Part shown: positions 9,644-18,582 of the stretch, in pieces
Position numbering within the stretch: the stretch's first letter is position 1
Layout: each line of letters starts with the position of its first letter
From: Vulcanimicrobiota bacterium
GTDB lineage: Bacteria; Vulcanimicrobiota; Vulcanimicrobiia; Vulcanimicrobiales; Vulcanimicrobiaceae
DNA: 64,000 nucleotides
Assembly (NCBI GenBank): GCA_963786105.1
Contig: CAWAXX010000018.1
Coordinates: 160,001-224,000, forward strand
Direction: 5' to 3'
Program-made: the position numbers and the translations under genes
The notes under the pieces: generated by a model
The model's database searches: none
Told to the model about the DNA's origin: nothing
What the model saw: the letters and a program-made list of their open reading frames with translations, nothing else

Positions 9644-9906
9644 ACGTGCCACTACAGCCTCTTCGCACCGATCGCGGCGCTTGGGCGTCGCGATCGGTCA
9701 TGCCGCTCGCCCGCGGCGGCGCGCAAACCGACAACGATCTCACCGACGCTCAGAAGGCACAGCTCGCCGCGCAACACGCCGCGTTCGATTTCGAAATTGC
9801 CGAGCGCGCCGAGCTCCTGCGCGAGCACGAAGCCCTTCAAGCACTGCTCATGGAGCAGCTCAAGAACGAAGATGAAATCATGAAGAAGTGGATTTCGCTA
9901 ATCTAG
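9640..9906 (+). CDS. Small helical hypothetical protein, paralogous C-terminus to upstream gene
   Basis: Translational coupling; 17/40 identical C-terminal residues with 9314..9643. Confidence 0.8.
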   Translation: MNVPLQPLRTDRGAWASRSVMPLARGGAQTDNDLTDAQKAQLAAQHAAFDFEIAERAELLREHEALQALLMEQLKNEDEIMKKWISLI

Positions 9907-10952
9907 TCGCCCGGCATATACACCGCGGAGCTAAAAGGAACGGCAAACTGCGGATTGGCGACCTTCTTCCAATGATTGTTGGAGACTTGGCCGATATCGA
10001 GCCATCCCCTGGACGTACCGTCGCCGACGACGATGAGCTTGTCCGTACTATTAAAACCAAACCCGTGCGGATCGCATCCTTCAGGGCACGGCGTTATCGT
10101 ATTGAACGGTGAGTTGCCGTCCCTCACCGGCAGTGCGTATTGGTAGATCTTATGGCTGGAATCTCCCACGTTGAGCACCGTTCCGGCGTTGCTGATAGAG
10201 AAGCCGGCGATGTCGCCATGGTTTATCGTGAAGGTGTCGAGCGGCAAGCCTTGATTCATGCTCGGATTGGCGGTCGGATTGGTTATTTCCGCGACGCCAT
10301 AACCGCCTGCCCCATAGTCCCGAAGCCAGAGGTTACCGGAACTATCCTCAGCGCCCGCGTCGTAGAAGCAGATCGCCGAACAATCACTGCTCAAAAGCAC
10401 GGCGACGGGTGTCGCCGAAGGATTTCCCTTAGGCCAGTACTCGTACCCGGAGCCGCTGATGGTCTTGTTTCCAAGCTGGTACTGGATTTGTTTCATGATC
10501 GCGAAAATATGGCTTTTGTCTACGACGGTGTCGCTCAGCGAACCCGTAAAATTCGAACAATCGGAAGCCGGGCATCCAGGTGTGTAGGCGCGAGCGAAGA
10601 GCCCGTCTTTGTACTCCTGTATGACGCCGGCTTTGCCTCCGCTGAGGTCGGTCACAAATAAGCCTTTCCCGTCGACTTTGAGCGTCAAGGGATTGCCGCC
10701 TTTAACCGCCTGACCCTCGGTGGAAATAACTTTGAGAACGAGCCTTGCGCCGAACGATAGCGCGAATAGCTTGCTGGTCTGCTCTGCCGCCGCCCAGATC
10801 TTAATGCCGCCCGTGTTGTCATTCGATCTCCTGAAATGGGACGAGCTTACCGGGATCGCCGGTGACGTAGTACCACCGTTGCACCCGGCAAGAAGCGACG
10901 CGAGAGACCCAAGACTCACCGCGAGGAGCGCGCGATACTCGAAAGCGTTCAT
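9903..10952 (-). CDS. Lipoprotein, probable beta-propeller (NHL-like) hypothetical
   Basis: AAGGAGG SD, lipobox LAGC, beta-rich sequence. Confidence 0.75.
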   Translation of the reverse strand: MNAFEYRALLAVSLGSLASLLAGCNGGTTSPAIPVSSSHFRRSNDNTGGIKIWAAAEQTSKLFALSFGARLVLKVISTEGQAVKGGNPLTLKVDGKGLFVTDLSGGKAGVIQEYKDGLFARAYTPGCPASDCSNFTGSLSDTVVDKSHIFAIMKQIQYQLGNKTISGSGYEYWPKGNPSATPVAVLLSSDCSAICFYDAGAEDSSGNLWLRDYGAGGYGVAEITNPTANPSMNQGLPLDTFTINHGDIAGFSISNAGTVLNVGDSSHKIYQYALPVRDGNSPFNTITPCPEGCDPHGFGFNSTDKLIVVGDGTSRGWLDIGQVSNNHWKKVANPQFAVPFSSAVYMPGD

Positions 10953-11025
10953 GGCAGTGCCTCCTTTAGGCATGAGGGGTTTCCGGACGGCGGGCTCGCG
11001 TTCATTTCTGTTGGGGAGTGTCACT

Positions 11026-11167
11026 ATCTCCAAGAAGTTCATCCAATCGATCACTAAATGAACGGCGCGACGAACTCCTACGCGAACACGAGGCGCTCCA
11101 AGCGCTGCTGATGGAGCAGCTCGAGAACGAAGACGAAATCATGAAGAAATGGATCGCCCTCATTTAA
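11026..11167 (+). pseudogene. Decayed duplicate of the 3' ends of genes 9314..9643 and 9640..9906
   Basis: 11026-11064 matches 9608-9646 (35/39); 11065-11167 matches 9804-9906 with mostly synonymous changes. Confidence 0.85.
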
Positions 11168-11192
11168 GAACGTTAGCTAGCTCTGGCCCGTG

Positions 11193-11351
11193 TTAGCGCA
11201 TTCGAGACCAGGTTAGGATCGCTCCAAACAGCACGCCAATAGCGAGTCCCATGGCAAGCCCCAGAGCGATCTGGTGAAGCGCCGCCCCAACGGCGACACC
11301 AACGCCGGCTCCCACTGCAACCCAGACGCCGACGAGCGATCCTGTCCTCAT
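11193..11351 (-). CDS. Small Gly-rich two-TM membrane protein
   Basis: 52-aa hydrophobic glycine-zipper ORF. Confidence 0.55.
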   Translation of the reverse strand: MRTGSLVGVWVAVGAGVGVAVGAALHQIALGLAMGLAIGVLFGAILTWSRMR

Positions 11352-11779
11352 TCTGAAGCTTCTTAAGACCTCTTCGCTTCCCGCGCTAACCGGAATGCGA
11401 TCGTCAAAGTGAGTACACCAACGACGATTCAAAGAGTTCGATAGCAAATGATTTCCGAGGCTGTTGACTAGGCGCGAGATTTCTTCGCGCTAGGGCGTGA
11501 CCTTATACATCGCACCGTGGTTGTACGAACCAAGGTAAACTGCTTCGGGGCGAGTGGCGTCCACGTCCTTTGAAATCCCGAACTCGTATCCCCCGGCAAT
11601 TTCGAAAGGACTCCCATCGTCAAGAGGACGCTGGGCGCAAGGCGCCCCCGGTCCCTTCTAACATTGTTATCGGTAGCACTAAAAGGACGCCCGCGAAAAC
11701 GGATGGTCGATTACTCGCGTCTTGAAGACGCGGTGAAGGAGCGCCGCGGCGCTCCGTACTATATTTCAGCCTCGTCTTT

Positions 11780-11856
11780 GGGCCATTAGCTCAGCTGGTT
11801 AGAGCGCATGCTTGATAAGCATGAGGTCCCTGGTTCGATCCCAGGATGGCCCACCA
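11780..11856 (+). tRNA. tRNA-Ile(GAT)
   Basis: Cloverleaf, anticodon arm CATGC-TTGATAA-GCATG, encoded CCA. Confidence 0.97.
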
Positions 11857-12073
11857 GCCAAACCCGCGCGAATAGGTCGGTTCCGCCCGTTTGCTGCCCA
11901 GCGACGAGCGCCCCGCCTACGAAGGCATTGCCCTTTTTCAACCCGAGCCTCGCTGCTTCGCGTTGTTGTCGTGGGATTTTTAGAGATCCCCGCAGCCGTG
12001 GCCGATGGCTCCCACGTCCAAAGAGTTTCAGGCGGACGCGCGAAGCGCCGTAGCTCTAGCGAAGAGGGGCAGA

Positions 12074-12418
12074 ATGATCACCGGAATCCACGCGATCTTT
12101 TATACAAAGCACTCCAAGGAAATGTACGATTTTTTAAAGGACGTGCTCGACCTGCACTACGTCGACGCCGGTAACGGGCGGCTCTTCTTCGCGGCACCGC
12201 CGACGGAACTCGGCGTCCATGAGACCGAAGACGACCCCGAACACGAACTGTGGCTGATCTGCGACGACATCGCCGCGACGGTACGGCAGCTCGAGAAAAA
12301 GGGGATCAAAACGACACCGGTTGCCGACCGCGGCTGGGGTTTGGTGACGACGCTGGAACTCCCCGGCGGCGACAAGCTCGGCCTCTACGAACCAAAGCAT
12401 CCCTCGCCGCTCACGTAG
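12074..12418 (+). CDS. VOC/glyoxalase family protein
   Basis: ITGIHAI..., DRGWG..T.LELPGG..LGLYEP. Confidence 0.85.
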   Translation: MITGIHAIFYTKHSKEMYDFLKDVLDLHYVDAGNGRLFFAAPPTELGVHETEDDPEHELWLICDDIAATVRQLEKKGIKTTPVADRGWGLVTTLELPGGDKLGLYEPKHPSPLT

Positions 12419-12479
12419 CTCGTGCCAGGGAAAGCCATCGCGTGCGTGTCGGCGTCGACGTGGGCGGTACCTTCACGAT

Positions 12480-12837
12480 TTAATCGCGCCTCTTTGCTTT
12501 GACGCGGAATCGCACCATCCGCGTAATGAGCGCGAACGGCAAATGCTCGTCTAAAGGGGAACTGCACCGAGCCTTTTGCATGTTTGTATCGCGCCAATTC
12601 CTTCTTAAACGCCGCGATTACTGATGCGCCCGGATAGAACCCGATGTGATGCGTATGCGCGGCGAAACAGACAAGGATGCCACCTACTTTGAACGCCGGC
12701 ATGCCGTAGCTAATCGTCTCCTGTGCTTTGGGCGCTGCCCTTTGAATCGTTTCCCGGATCTGCATCAGAGTTTGCTGCACATCTCTGGGGAAGCGACCAG
12801 CGTAGCCAAGGTAGGTCTTGGGTTTGCTGTCGCCCAT
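12480..12837 (-). pseudogene. DUF1801/YdhG-like protein with +1 frameshift near 12554 (possible sequencing error)
   Basis: ETISYGMPAF...HIGFYP...KGSVQFP; removing one T restores LDEHLPFALITRMVRFR. Confidence 0.8.
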
Positions 12838-12922
12838 CTCTAGCTCTTACGCCGCGCAAACCGTCGGAACACGACAATGCCGGCTGACCGCCGCCGCACT
12901 CCGCTGGTCTCTACGATAATCG

Positions 12923-14335
12923 TCAGTAGTCGTCTGCGGGCGTATTATCCGGGTGGTCGATGAAATACCGTCCGTTCAACTCGGTCGGGATGGGCTTGAA
13001 AACGATCGGTTTCTGGGTGAAGTCGAATACGTCTCCGAAGGCGTCCGCCCTCGCATCGGCTAAGCCGAGCGAACCGAGACTGAACGTCTGCTCGATGAAA
13101 TGCAGCGAGCTCGCGATCTCGTGTTGCTGATGCGAGATGTAGCCGGCCTTCGCGTACGGCGAGACGATGATGAGCGGTACGCGGAATCCCAATCCCTCGC
13201 GCGCGTGCGTCACAGGGTCGGGGTACTGCGGCGGATGGACGTGGTCGTACCACCCTCCCCATTCGTCCCACAGGACGATGATCGCGGTGCTGTGCCAGTA
13301 CTTGCTTTGACCGATCGCGTTGACGATCGAGGCGACCCACGCGGGGCCGCCCGAACCCGAGTCCCGTCCCCCGTGATCCGACTTCGAGCCACTCGGCATC
13401 ACCCACGAGACCTGCTGTAGGTTCCCGCTGGCGATGTCGTCTAGAACCTTGGTGTCGGGATGCACGACGTTCGACCAGTCCGGCCCATTGATGATTTGGG
13501 AAATCGCTTCGAAGGCCGACAGGTTCGATCCGGAATTCGGCGGCGGCTGAACGTAATAGCGCCACGTTATTCCCGCACCGTCCAGAAGACCGGCGATCGT
13601 GGGATAGGTGAAACACGGAAACGGCCCGGTCACTTCGTGACCGGTGGCCTTGGAAAACACCGGCGGATTTGCTTGCCCGTACTTGAGCAGTTCGACGGTG
13701 GTCGATTTGTTCTGATTGTCGCAGCCCCACGGCTGCCCGTCAGGAACTTCGGACGAATGCCCGGACTGTCCGGCGACCATGTACTGGTGCGAAACGAAGC
13801 TCGGGCCGCTGTTCGAGGAAAAGGTATTGTCGCCCAACGCATACTCCGACGCCATCGTCCAATACGGCTGCACCTTCGACTGCTCGACGTACGAAAACGC
13901 CATCGTCTTGAATCGTTGCGTGGTGTAGAACGACCAGCACGACGGATGATTGATCGCGTCGTTGCAACCGGAACCGGTTTTAAATTTCGCGATCTGATTG
14001 TCGAAGCCGTCGTCTTTGCCTTGATCGTAGTCTTCCAAAAACTGCGGGTGGTCGTGGCGAAGGTCCCACGGCCATTTCAGCGTCACGGGCTGCAGCATGT
14101 ACTTCTTGCCGTGCCCCCAGCCGGCATCGACCGTGTCGGCGCCGGGGAATCCGTGGAACAGGTTATCAAAGCTGCGGTTCTCCTGCATGATCACGACGAC
14201 GTGTTGAATCGGCGTCGAACCCCCGCGCGACCGCACGGCGTTCGGCACGTCGAACGACCCGCCGCCGGCCGGCGAATAAGGTGAGCCGCACGCCGTCACG
14301 AGTGCGATGGCAAGCACCGAAGCCAGTTTCTTCAT
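12923..14335 (-). CDS. Phosphoesterase (phospholipase C/AcpA-like) lipoprotein
   Basis: [32 protein letters not shown]; lipobox VTAC. Confidence 0.9.
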   Translation of the reverse strand: MKKLASVLAIALVTACGSPYSPAGGGSFDVPNAVRSRGGSTPIQHVVVIMQENRSFDNLFHGFPGADTVDAGWGHGKKYMLQPVTLKWPWDLRHDHPQFLEDYDQGKDDGFDNQIAKFKTGSGCNDAINHPSCWSFYTTQRFKTMAFSYVEQSKVQPYWTMASEYALGDNTFSSNSGPSFVSHQYMVAGQSGHSSEVPDGQPWGCDNQNKSTTVELLKYGQANPPVFSKATGHEVTGPFPCFTYPTIAGLLDGAGITWRYYVQPPPNSGSNLSAFEAISQIINGPDWSNVVHPDTKVLDDIASGNLQQVSWVMPSGSKSDHGGRDSGSGGPAWVASIVNAIGQSKYWHSTAIIVLWDEWGGWYDHVHPPQYPDPVTHAREGLGFRVPLIIVSPYAKAGYISHQQHEIASSLHFIEQTFSLGSLGLADARADAFGDVFDFTQKPIVFKPIPTELNGRYFIDHPDNTPADDY

Positions 14336-14369
14336 GAACCCTCCAAGATAGACGGCGGCGAGAACTTCG

Positions 14370-15809
14370 TCAGTAGTCGGTTTCGGGCCGGAACGGCCCT
14401 TGCGCGATGCAGCCTGACGGTGGCTTCGCCGGGATCGTCTTAAATTTCGTGGGTGTCTGCGAGAAGTTGAACACATCGTCGTACGCGTCGGCACGCTGGT
14501 CGGCGTACGTTTGGCCCGATCCGGCGCCCAGGAACGGCAAGCCGAACATCTTCTCTATCAAGCGCAGGCTGCTTGCGGTTTCGTGTTGCGACTTCGAGAC
14601 GTAGTGCGTCTTGGCATAAGGCGACACGATGATCAGCGGCGTCCGATATCCCAAGCCTTCGTACGCACCGGTTTGTGGGTCGGCGTACTGCGGCGGCACG
14701 ACGTGATCGAACCATCCGCCCCATTCATCCCAAGTGATGATGATGGCCGTGTTCTTCCAGTACTGGCTCTTTCCGATCGCGTTGACGATCGATCCGACCC
14801 AACTCGGACCGCAGTTCCCGGAACCGCCGCCGGCGTGATCGGATGCACCGCCGTGCGGCATCACCCAGGATACTTGCTGAAGATTCCCGCTCGCAACGTC
14901 GTCGAGCACCTGTGTGTCCGGCGTCACGACGTTCTTGTAGTCCGGTCCGTCACGCACGGACTTGATCGCGTCGAACGCATCGAGCCAGTAGGAATCCCCG
15001 TCGGCCTTTGACTGCTTGTACCAGCGCCAGGTCACGTGAGCTTTGTCGAGCGTGTCGGCTACCGAGGGATATGTGAAGCACGGATCTCCGCCCACGACGT
15101 CGTGCCCGAATTGCGGCGGAAACTCAGGTGGACTCGCCTGGCCGTATACCAAGTAGTTTTCTTTCTCGTTGGGCGCATCGCAGCCCCAGGGCATATTGCT
15201 GGGAACCTCGTCGGCATGCCCTTCCTGCCCGGCAATCAGCATCTGGTGCGGCCCGAAACTGGGGCCGTTCGTCGAAGCGAAATTGTGATCGCCGAGCGTA
15301 TATTGCGACGCCATCGTCCAGTACGGTTGAATATCGGATTTCATCGTGTAGGAGAACGCCATCTGCTGATAGGTTTTCCCCGTCCAGAATATCCAGCACG
15401 TGGGATGATTGTACGGATCGGAGTACGGACATGAGCCGCTCGGAGGCGGTGACTCCAGGATCCGTATCTGCTGATCGAAGCCATCGTTCTTGCCGTTGTC
15501 GTAGTCTTCCAAGAACTGCCAACGAAAGTGATTGATGTCGTGCGTAAACTTTAGATGTAGCGGTTGCAGCGTGTACTTTACGCCGTGGCCGTATCCAAAC
15601 GTGGCCGAATTCGCTCCGGGAAAGCCGTGAAAGAAATTGTCGAAGCTGCGATTCTCTTGCATGATGACGACGACGTGCGTGATCGGATAGGAGCTCGCGC
15701 GGTGTTGCGAGCCAGCCGGTTGTCGCAGGGGGACGGGTACCGCGCCCGACTGGGACGGCGAACTGCAAGCCGCCAACGCCGCAACGAGCAAGACGGCGAG
15801 TCGCTTCAT
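14370..15809 (-). CDS. Phosphoesterase (phospholipase C/AcpA-like) lipoprotein
   Basis: [19 protein letters not shown]; lipobox LAAC; tandem paralog. Confidence 0.9.
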   Translation of the reverse strand: MKRLAVLLVAALAACSSPSQSGAVPVPLRQPAGSQHRASSYPITHVVVIMQENRSFDNFFHGFPGANSATFGYGHGVKYTLQPLHLKFTHDINHFRWQFLEDYDNGKNDGFDQQIRILESPPPSGSCPYSDPYNHPTCWIFWTGKTYQQMAFSYTMKSDIQPYWTMASQYTLGDHNFASTNGPSFGPHQMLIAGQEGHADEVPSNMPWGCDAPNEKENYLVYGQASPPEFPPQFGHDVVGGDPCFTYPSVADTLDKAHVTWRWYKQSKADGDSYWLDAFDAIKSVRDGPDYKNVVTPDTQVLDDVASGNLQQVSWVMPHGGASDHAGGGSGNCGPSWVGSIVNAIGKSQYWKNTAIIITWDEWGGWFDHVVPPQYADPQTGAYEGLGYRTPLIIVSPYAKTHYVSKSQHETASSLRLIEKMFGLPFLGAGSGQTYADQRADAYDDVFNFSQTPTKFKTIPAKPPSGCIAQGPFRPETDY

Positions 15810-15920
15810 AAGTAACTCCTCGGCTCCAAAATAGATACGCAAGCTTGTCGTCAGCGCTTCAGCGAGGCGTTTAAATCCCCTCCGTCTCATTGCTCCCCTT
15901 GCCTGCTTACAACGGAAAGT

Positions 15921-15932
15921 TGATTGCAATCA
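15921..15932. promoter_or_regulatory. Perfect palindrome, candidate operator
   Basis: TGATTGCAATCA in a divergent intergenic region. Confidence 0.4.
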
Positions 15933-16033
15933 CCATCTCTAAGGGTGAACCGGCAGTCGTCGGGGGGCCCTCGGGGCGATGCGGTTTGAGCGATTGTGGA
16001 GGAGTAAGCACCAAACACCACAACCTACGGGAC

Positions 16034-16336
16034 ATGTATACCGATGAGAACCTCACCTGCGTCGACTGCAGTAGACCCTTTACGTTCACGTCCAGCGAAC
16101 AAGAGTTTTACGCCCAAAAGGGCTTTACGAACAAACCGGGCCGCTGCCCCGACTGCCGTGCGGCGCGCAAAGCATCCGGCCAAGGCGGTCGCGGTGGGAG
16201 TTCCGGCGGTGGAAGGTCCGACCGGGAAATGCACTCGGCGACCTGCGCCCAGTGCGGCAAGGAGGCCCTGGTGCCTTTCGTGCCCAGCGGCAACAGGCCG
16301 GTCTACTGCCGCGATTGCTTCGCCTCGCGGTCGTAA
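16034..16336 (+). CDS. Zinc-ribbon plus CxxC-x17-CxxC domain protein
   Basis: CVDC...EQEFY...RCPDC, Gly-rich linker, CAQC...RPVYCRDCF. Confidence 0.9.
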   Translation: MYTDENLTCVDCSRPFTFTSSEQEFYAQKGFTNKPGRCPDCRAARKASGQGGRGGSSGGGRSDREMHSATCAQCGKEALVPFVPSGNRPVYCRDCFASRS

Positions 16337-16338
16337 GG

Positions 16339-17016
16339 TCAGTCGCCGGCGTCTTGTAGCTTGATATTCGAGAAGCCGATATTAGTCACCAGGGTCGAGC
16401 CGTCGTAGCCTAGGACCCGCATCGGCAAATGCGTCGTAGCGGACATCTGAACGACCTCGCGCGTCAGCCCGGCGCTCGCCGCGCCGGGAACCAGCGTCAA
16501 GACGTTTGCTGGGACACCGTCGATCACGGCGCCGGGAGTCAATGAAAGCCTGGCCGCTTCTTTTTGCGCGTGCGCTAAAATCGCGCCGAAGCTGAGCTGA
16601 TCGATCGACGCTCCTTGAAGCGTCGTCACGAGCGGATCGTGCAACGAAAGCGTCCTTTTGAACATGGCCATGAGTCCGGTGCCTTTGTGCGCCACTAACG
16701 TCGGGCCGCCGCTCCATTCGAGCGTAATGCCGGTGTTTGGGCCCGATACGACCTGAACCGTGACGTTCGACGGCTTACGGAACGTGTAGTCGAAGACGAC
16801 GTTTTGGCTTTGCGCGTCCTTTTGGTCGAAGATCGACACGGTCGCACTATATTTGGTGACGCCCGCTATCGCCCGCGCGAACGCGTCGAGCTCCCACTGC
16901 GCGGATCCCGCCAGTGGTTGTGCACTTGCCGGCACGCCGTTCATCCCAACAACCAAAAGCAATACGGCGAAGGTTGAGGCAATCGCCGGCCGCGCAAGCC
17001 CGCCTTGCCGTTTCAC
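16339..17016 (-). CDS. Secreted LolA-like fold hypothetical protein
   Basis: Signal peptide; FRKP motif and C-terminal LPMRV...FSNIKL pattern. Confidence 0.6.
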   Translation of the reverse strand: MKRQGGLARPAIASTFAVLLLVVGMNGVPASAQPLAGSAQWELDAFARAIAGVTKYSATVSIFDQKDAQSQNVVFDYTFRKPSNVTVQVVSGPNTGITLEWSGGPTLVAHKGTGLMAMFKRTLSLHDPLVTTLQGASIDQLSFGAILAHAQKEAARLSLTPGAVIDGVPANVLTLVPGAASAGLTREVVQMSATTHLPMRVLGYDGSTLVTNIGFSNIKLQDAGD

Positions 17017-17133
17017 ACGACGTCCTCAAGGCCTTGGCGGTAGGGTTGGGTCACACCAGCATCTTACCTCAGCCGGCTGGGAATGCGCCCCCTTAGGCGC
17101 GCGGTATCCTTACGTTTCCATTAAATGAGCATT

Positions 17134-17206
17134 TGGAGATGAGCGGATTCGAACCGCTGACCCTCTGCTTGCAAAGCAGATGCTCTACCAACTGAGCTAC
17201 ATCCCC
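17134..17206 (-). tRNA. tRNA-Ala(TGC)
   Basis: GGGGATG acceptor, TCTGC-TTTGCAA-GCAGA anticodon arm; CCA not encoded. Confidence 0.96.
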
Positions 17207-17314
17207 GAGCGGCCCGGCTCTTTCGTTCTGCCATGTGAGAACCCTACTCGCTCGCGCCGGTTTGCCGCGCAACCGGAGGACTCGTGCCTAACGGCGTGAA
17301 TACGGGCGGGTCGC

Positions 17315-17390
17315 GGGGGCATAGCTCAGTTGGTAGAGCATCACGCTGGCAGCGTGAGGGTCAGGAGTTCGAGTCTCCTTGCCTCCACCA
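17315..17390 (+). tRNA. tRNA-Ala(GGC)
   Basis: TCACG-CTGGCAG-CGTGA anticodon arm, encoded CCA. Confidence 0.97.
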
Positions 17391-17499
17391 TCAAAGCCGC
17401 GGTGTGCCGCGTGGGGGCTCGCCCTCCAATGGCCTTGCGAAGACGGCGCCCCGGTCAATTTTCTAAAGCCAGATTATCGCTGCCTTAGCGACAGCTAAT

Positions 17500-18519
17500 T
17501 TATTTGATCGCCATCACCTGTTGCACCGTCACCCCCGGCGCGCGATTGCCCCATGAAGACCGAATAAACGTGGCGACGGCCGCAATATCGCTGGCTGCGA
17601 GCTGCCCTCGCCAGGACGGCATGAGATTTCGACCTTGTACGATCGTCGTCAGCATGACGTTCGCATTGTCGATATTCACATGAGGATTTCCGGCAAGTGC
17701 GGGACCGACGGCACCGCCTCCGTTGGCTCCGTGGCAAGCCGCGCAATTCTTTCCGTAAACCGAAGCTCCGACTTGAGCGGAAACGGGCGTGCCGGCGGCG
17801 GCGACTTGGTCTTCCGTTACGGGTGACGCATTGTTGCCCCAAGCAGATCGGACGTAGGTTGCTACCGACGCAATGTCGGCGTTCGTCAGCTGTCCTTTCC
17901 AGGTCGGCATCGTGCTATTGTACGTTTTGCCATTGACGGTAAGTGGACCACTACGACCGTTGACGATCACCGCGATCATCGCACTCGGATCGGCGGCCGT
18001 AATCACCGCGTTTCCGGCGAGCGGCGGGAAGGTATCGGTTCCCTGCCCCGTCGCTTGATGGCATGTCGCGCAATGTGCGGCAAAGAGCGCGTCGCCGCTC
18101 AACGCTACCGGTGTCCGCGCGGCTGCAACTTGGTCGGCAGAAACCGCAGGCGCACTGTTGTTCCAAGCCGAGCGCACGTACGTCAGGACTGCCGCGATGT
18201 CCGCATCGGAAAGCTCGCGCCAGGACGGCATGTTGCCGCCGTATTGCGCTCCATTGACCGTAATGGGCCCCGTGCGCCCGTTCAGTACGATCTGAATGAC
18301 GCCGGCACTGTCGACCGCGTTGACGGCGGCGTTTCGCGCTAACGGAGGATAAGGTCCGCCACCTTGACCGTTCGCGCCGTGGCAAGCGGCGCAGTTGAGC
18401 GCGAAAATGCCCTTGCCGTCGACGGCCTGGGCGCCCATCACCTTGCCGTTGAAATGCACGAGCGCTATTGCGACGGCGACAAATCCAGCGACGTAGGCGA
18501 GCCTAACGGTGTTGCTCAA
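17500..18519 (-). CDS. Periplasmic triheme class I cytochrome c
   Basis: Signal peptide; CAACH, CATCH, CAACH each followed by P[PA]LA and MP[ST]W. Confidence 0.92.
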   Translation of the reverse strand: MSNTVRLAYVAGFVAVAIALVHFNGKVMGAQAVDGKGIFALNCAACHGANGQGGGPYPPLARNAAVNAVDSAGVIQIVLNGRTGPITVNGAQYGGNMPSWRELSDADIAAVLTYVRSAWNNSAPAVSADQVAAARTPVALSGDALFAAHCATCHQATGQGTDTFPPLAGNAVITAADPSAMIAVIVNGRSGPLTVNGKTYNSTMPTWKGQLTNADIASVATYVRSAWGNNASPVTEDQVAAAGTPVSAQVGASVYGKNCAACHGANGGGAVGPALAGNPHVNIDNANVMLTTIVQGRNLMPSWRGQLAASDIAAVATFIRSSWGNRAPGVTVQQVMAIK

Positions 18520-18582
18520 AGCACGACCTCCGTCCGGCGGGGCATTGCCCGCTCTTACGGAGGTCGGCTTCGACGATTCACA

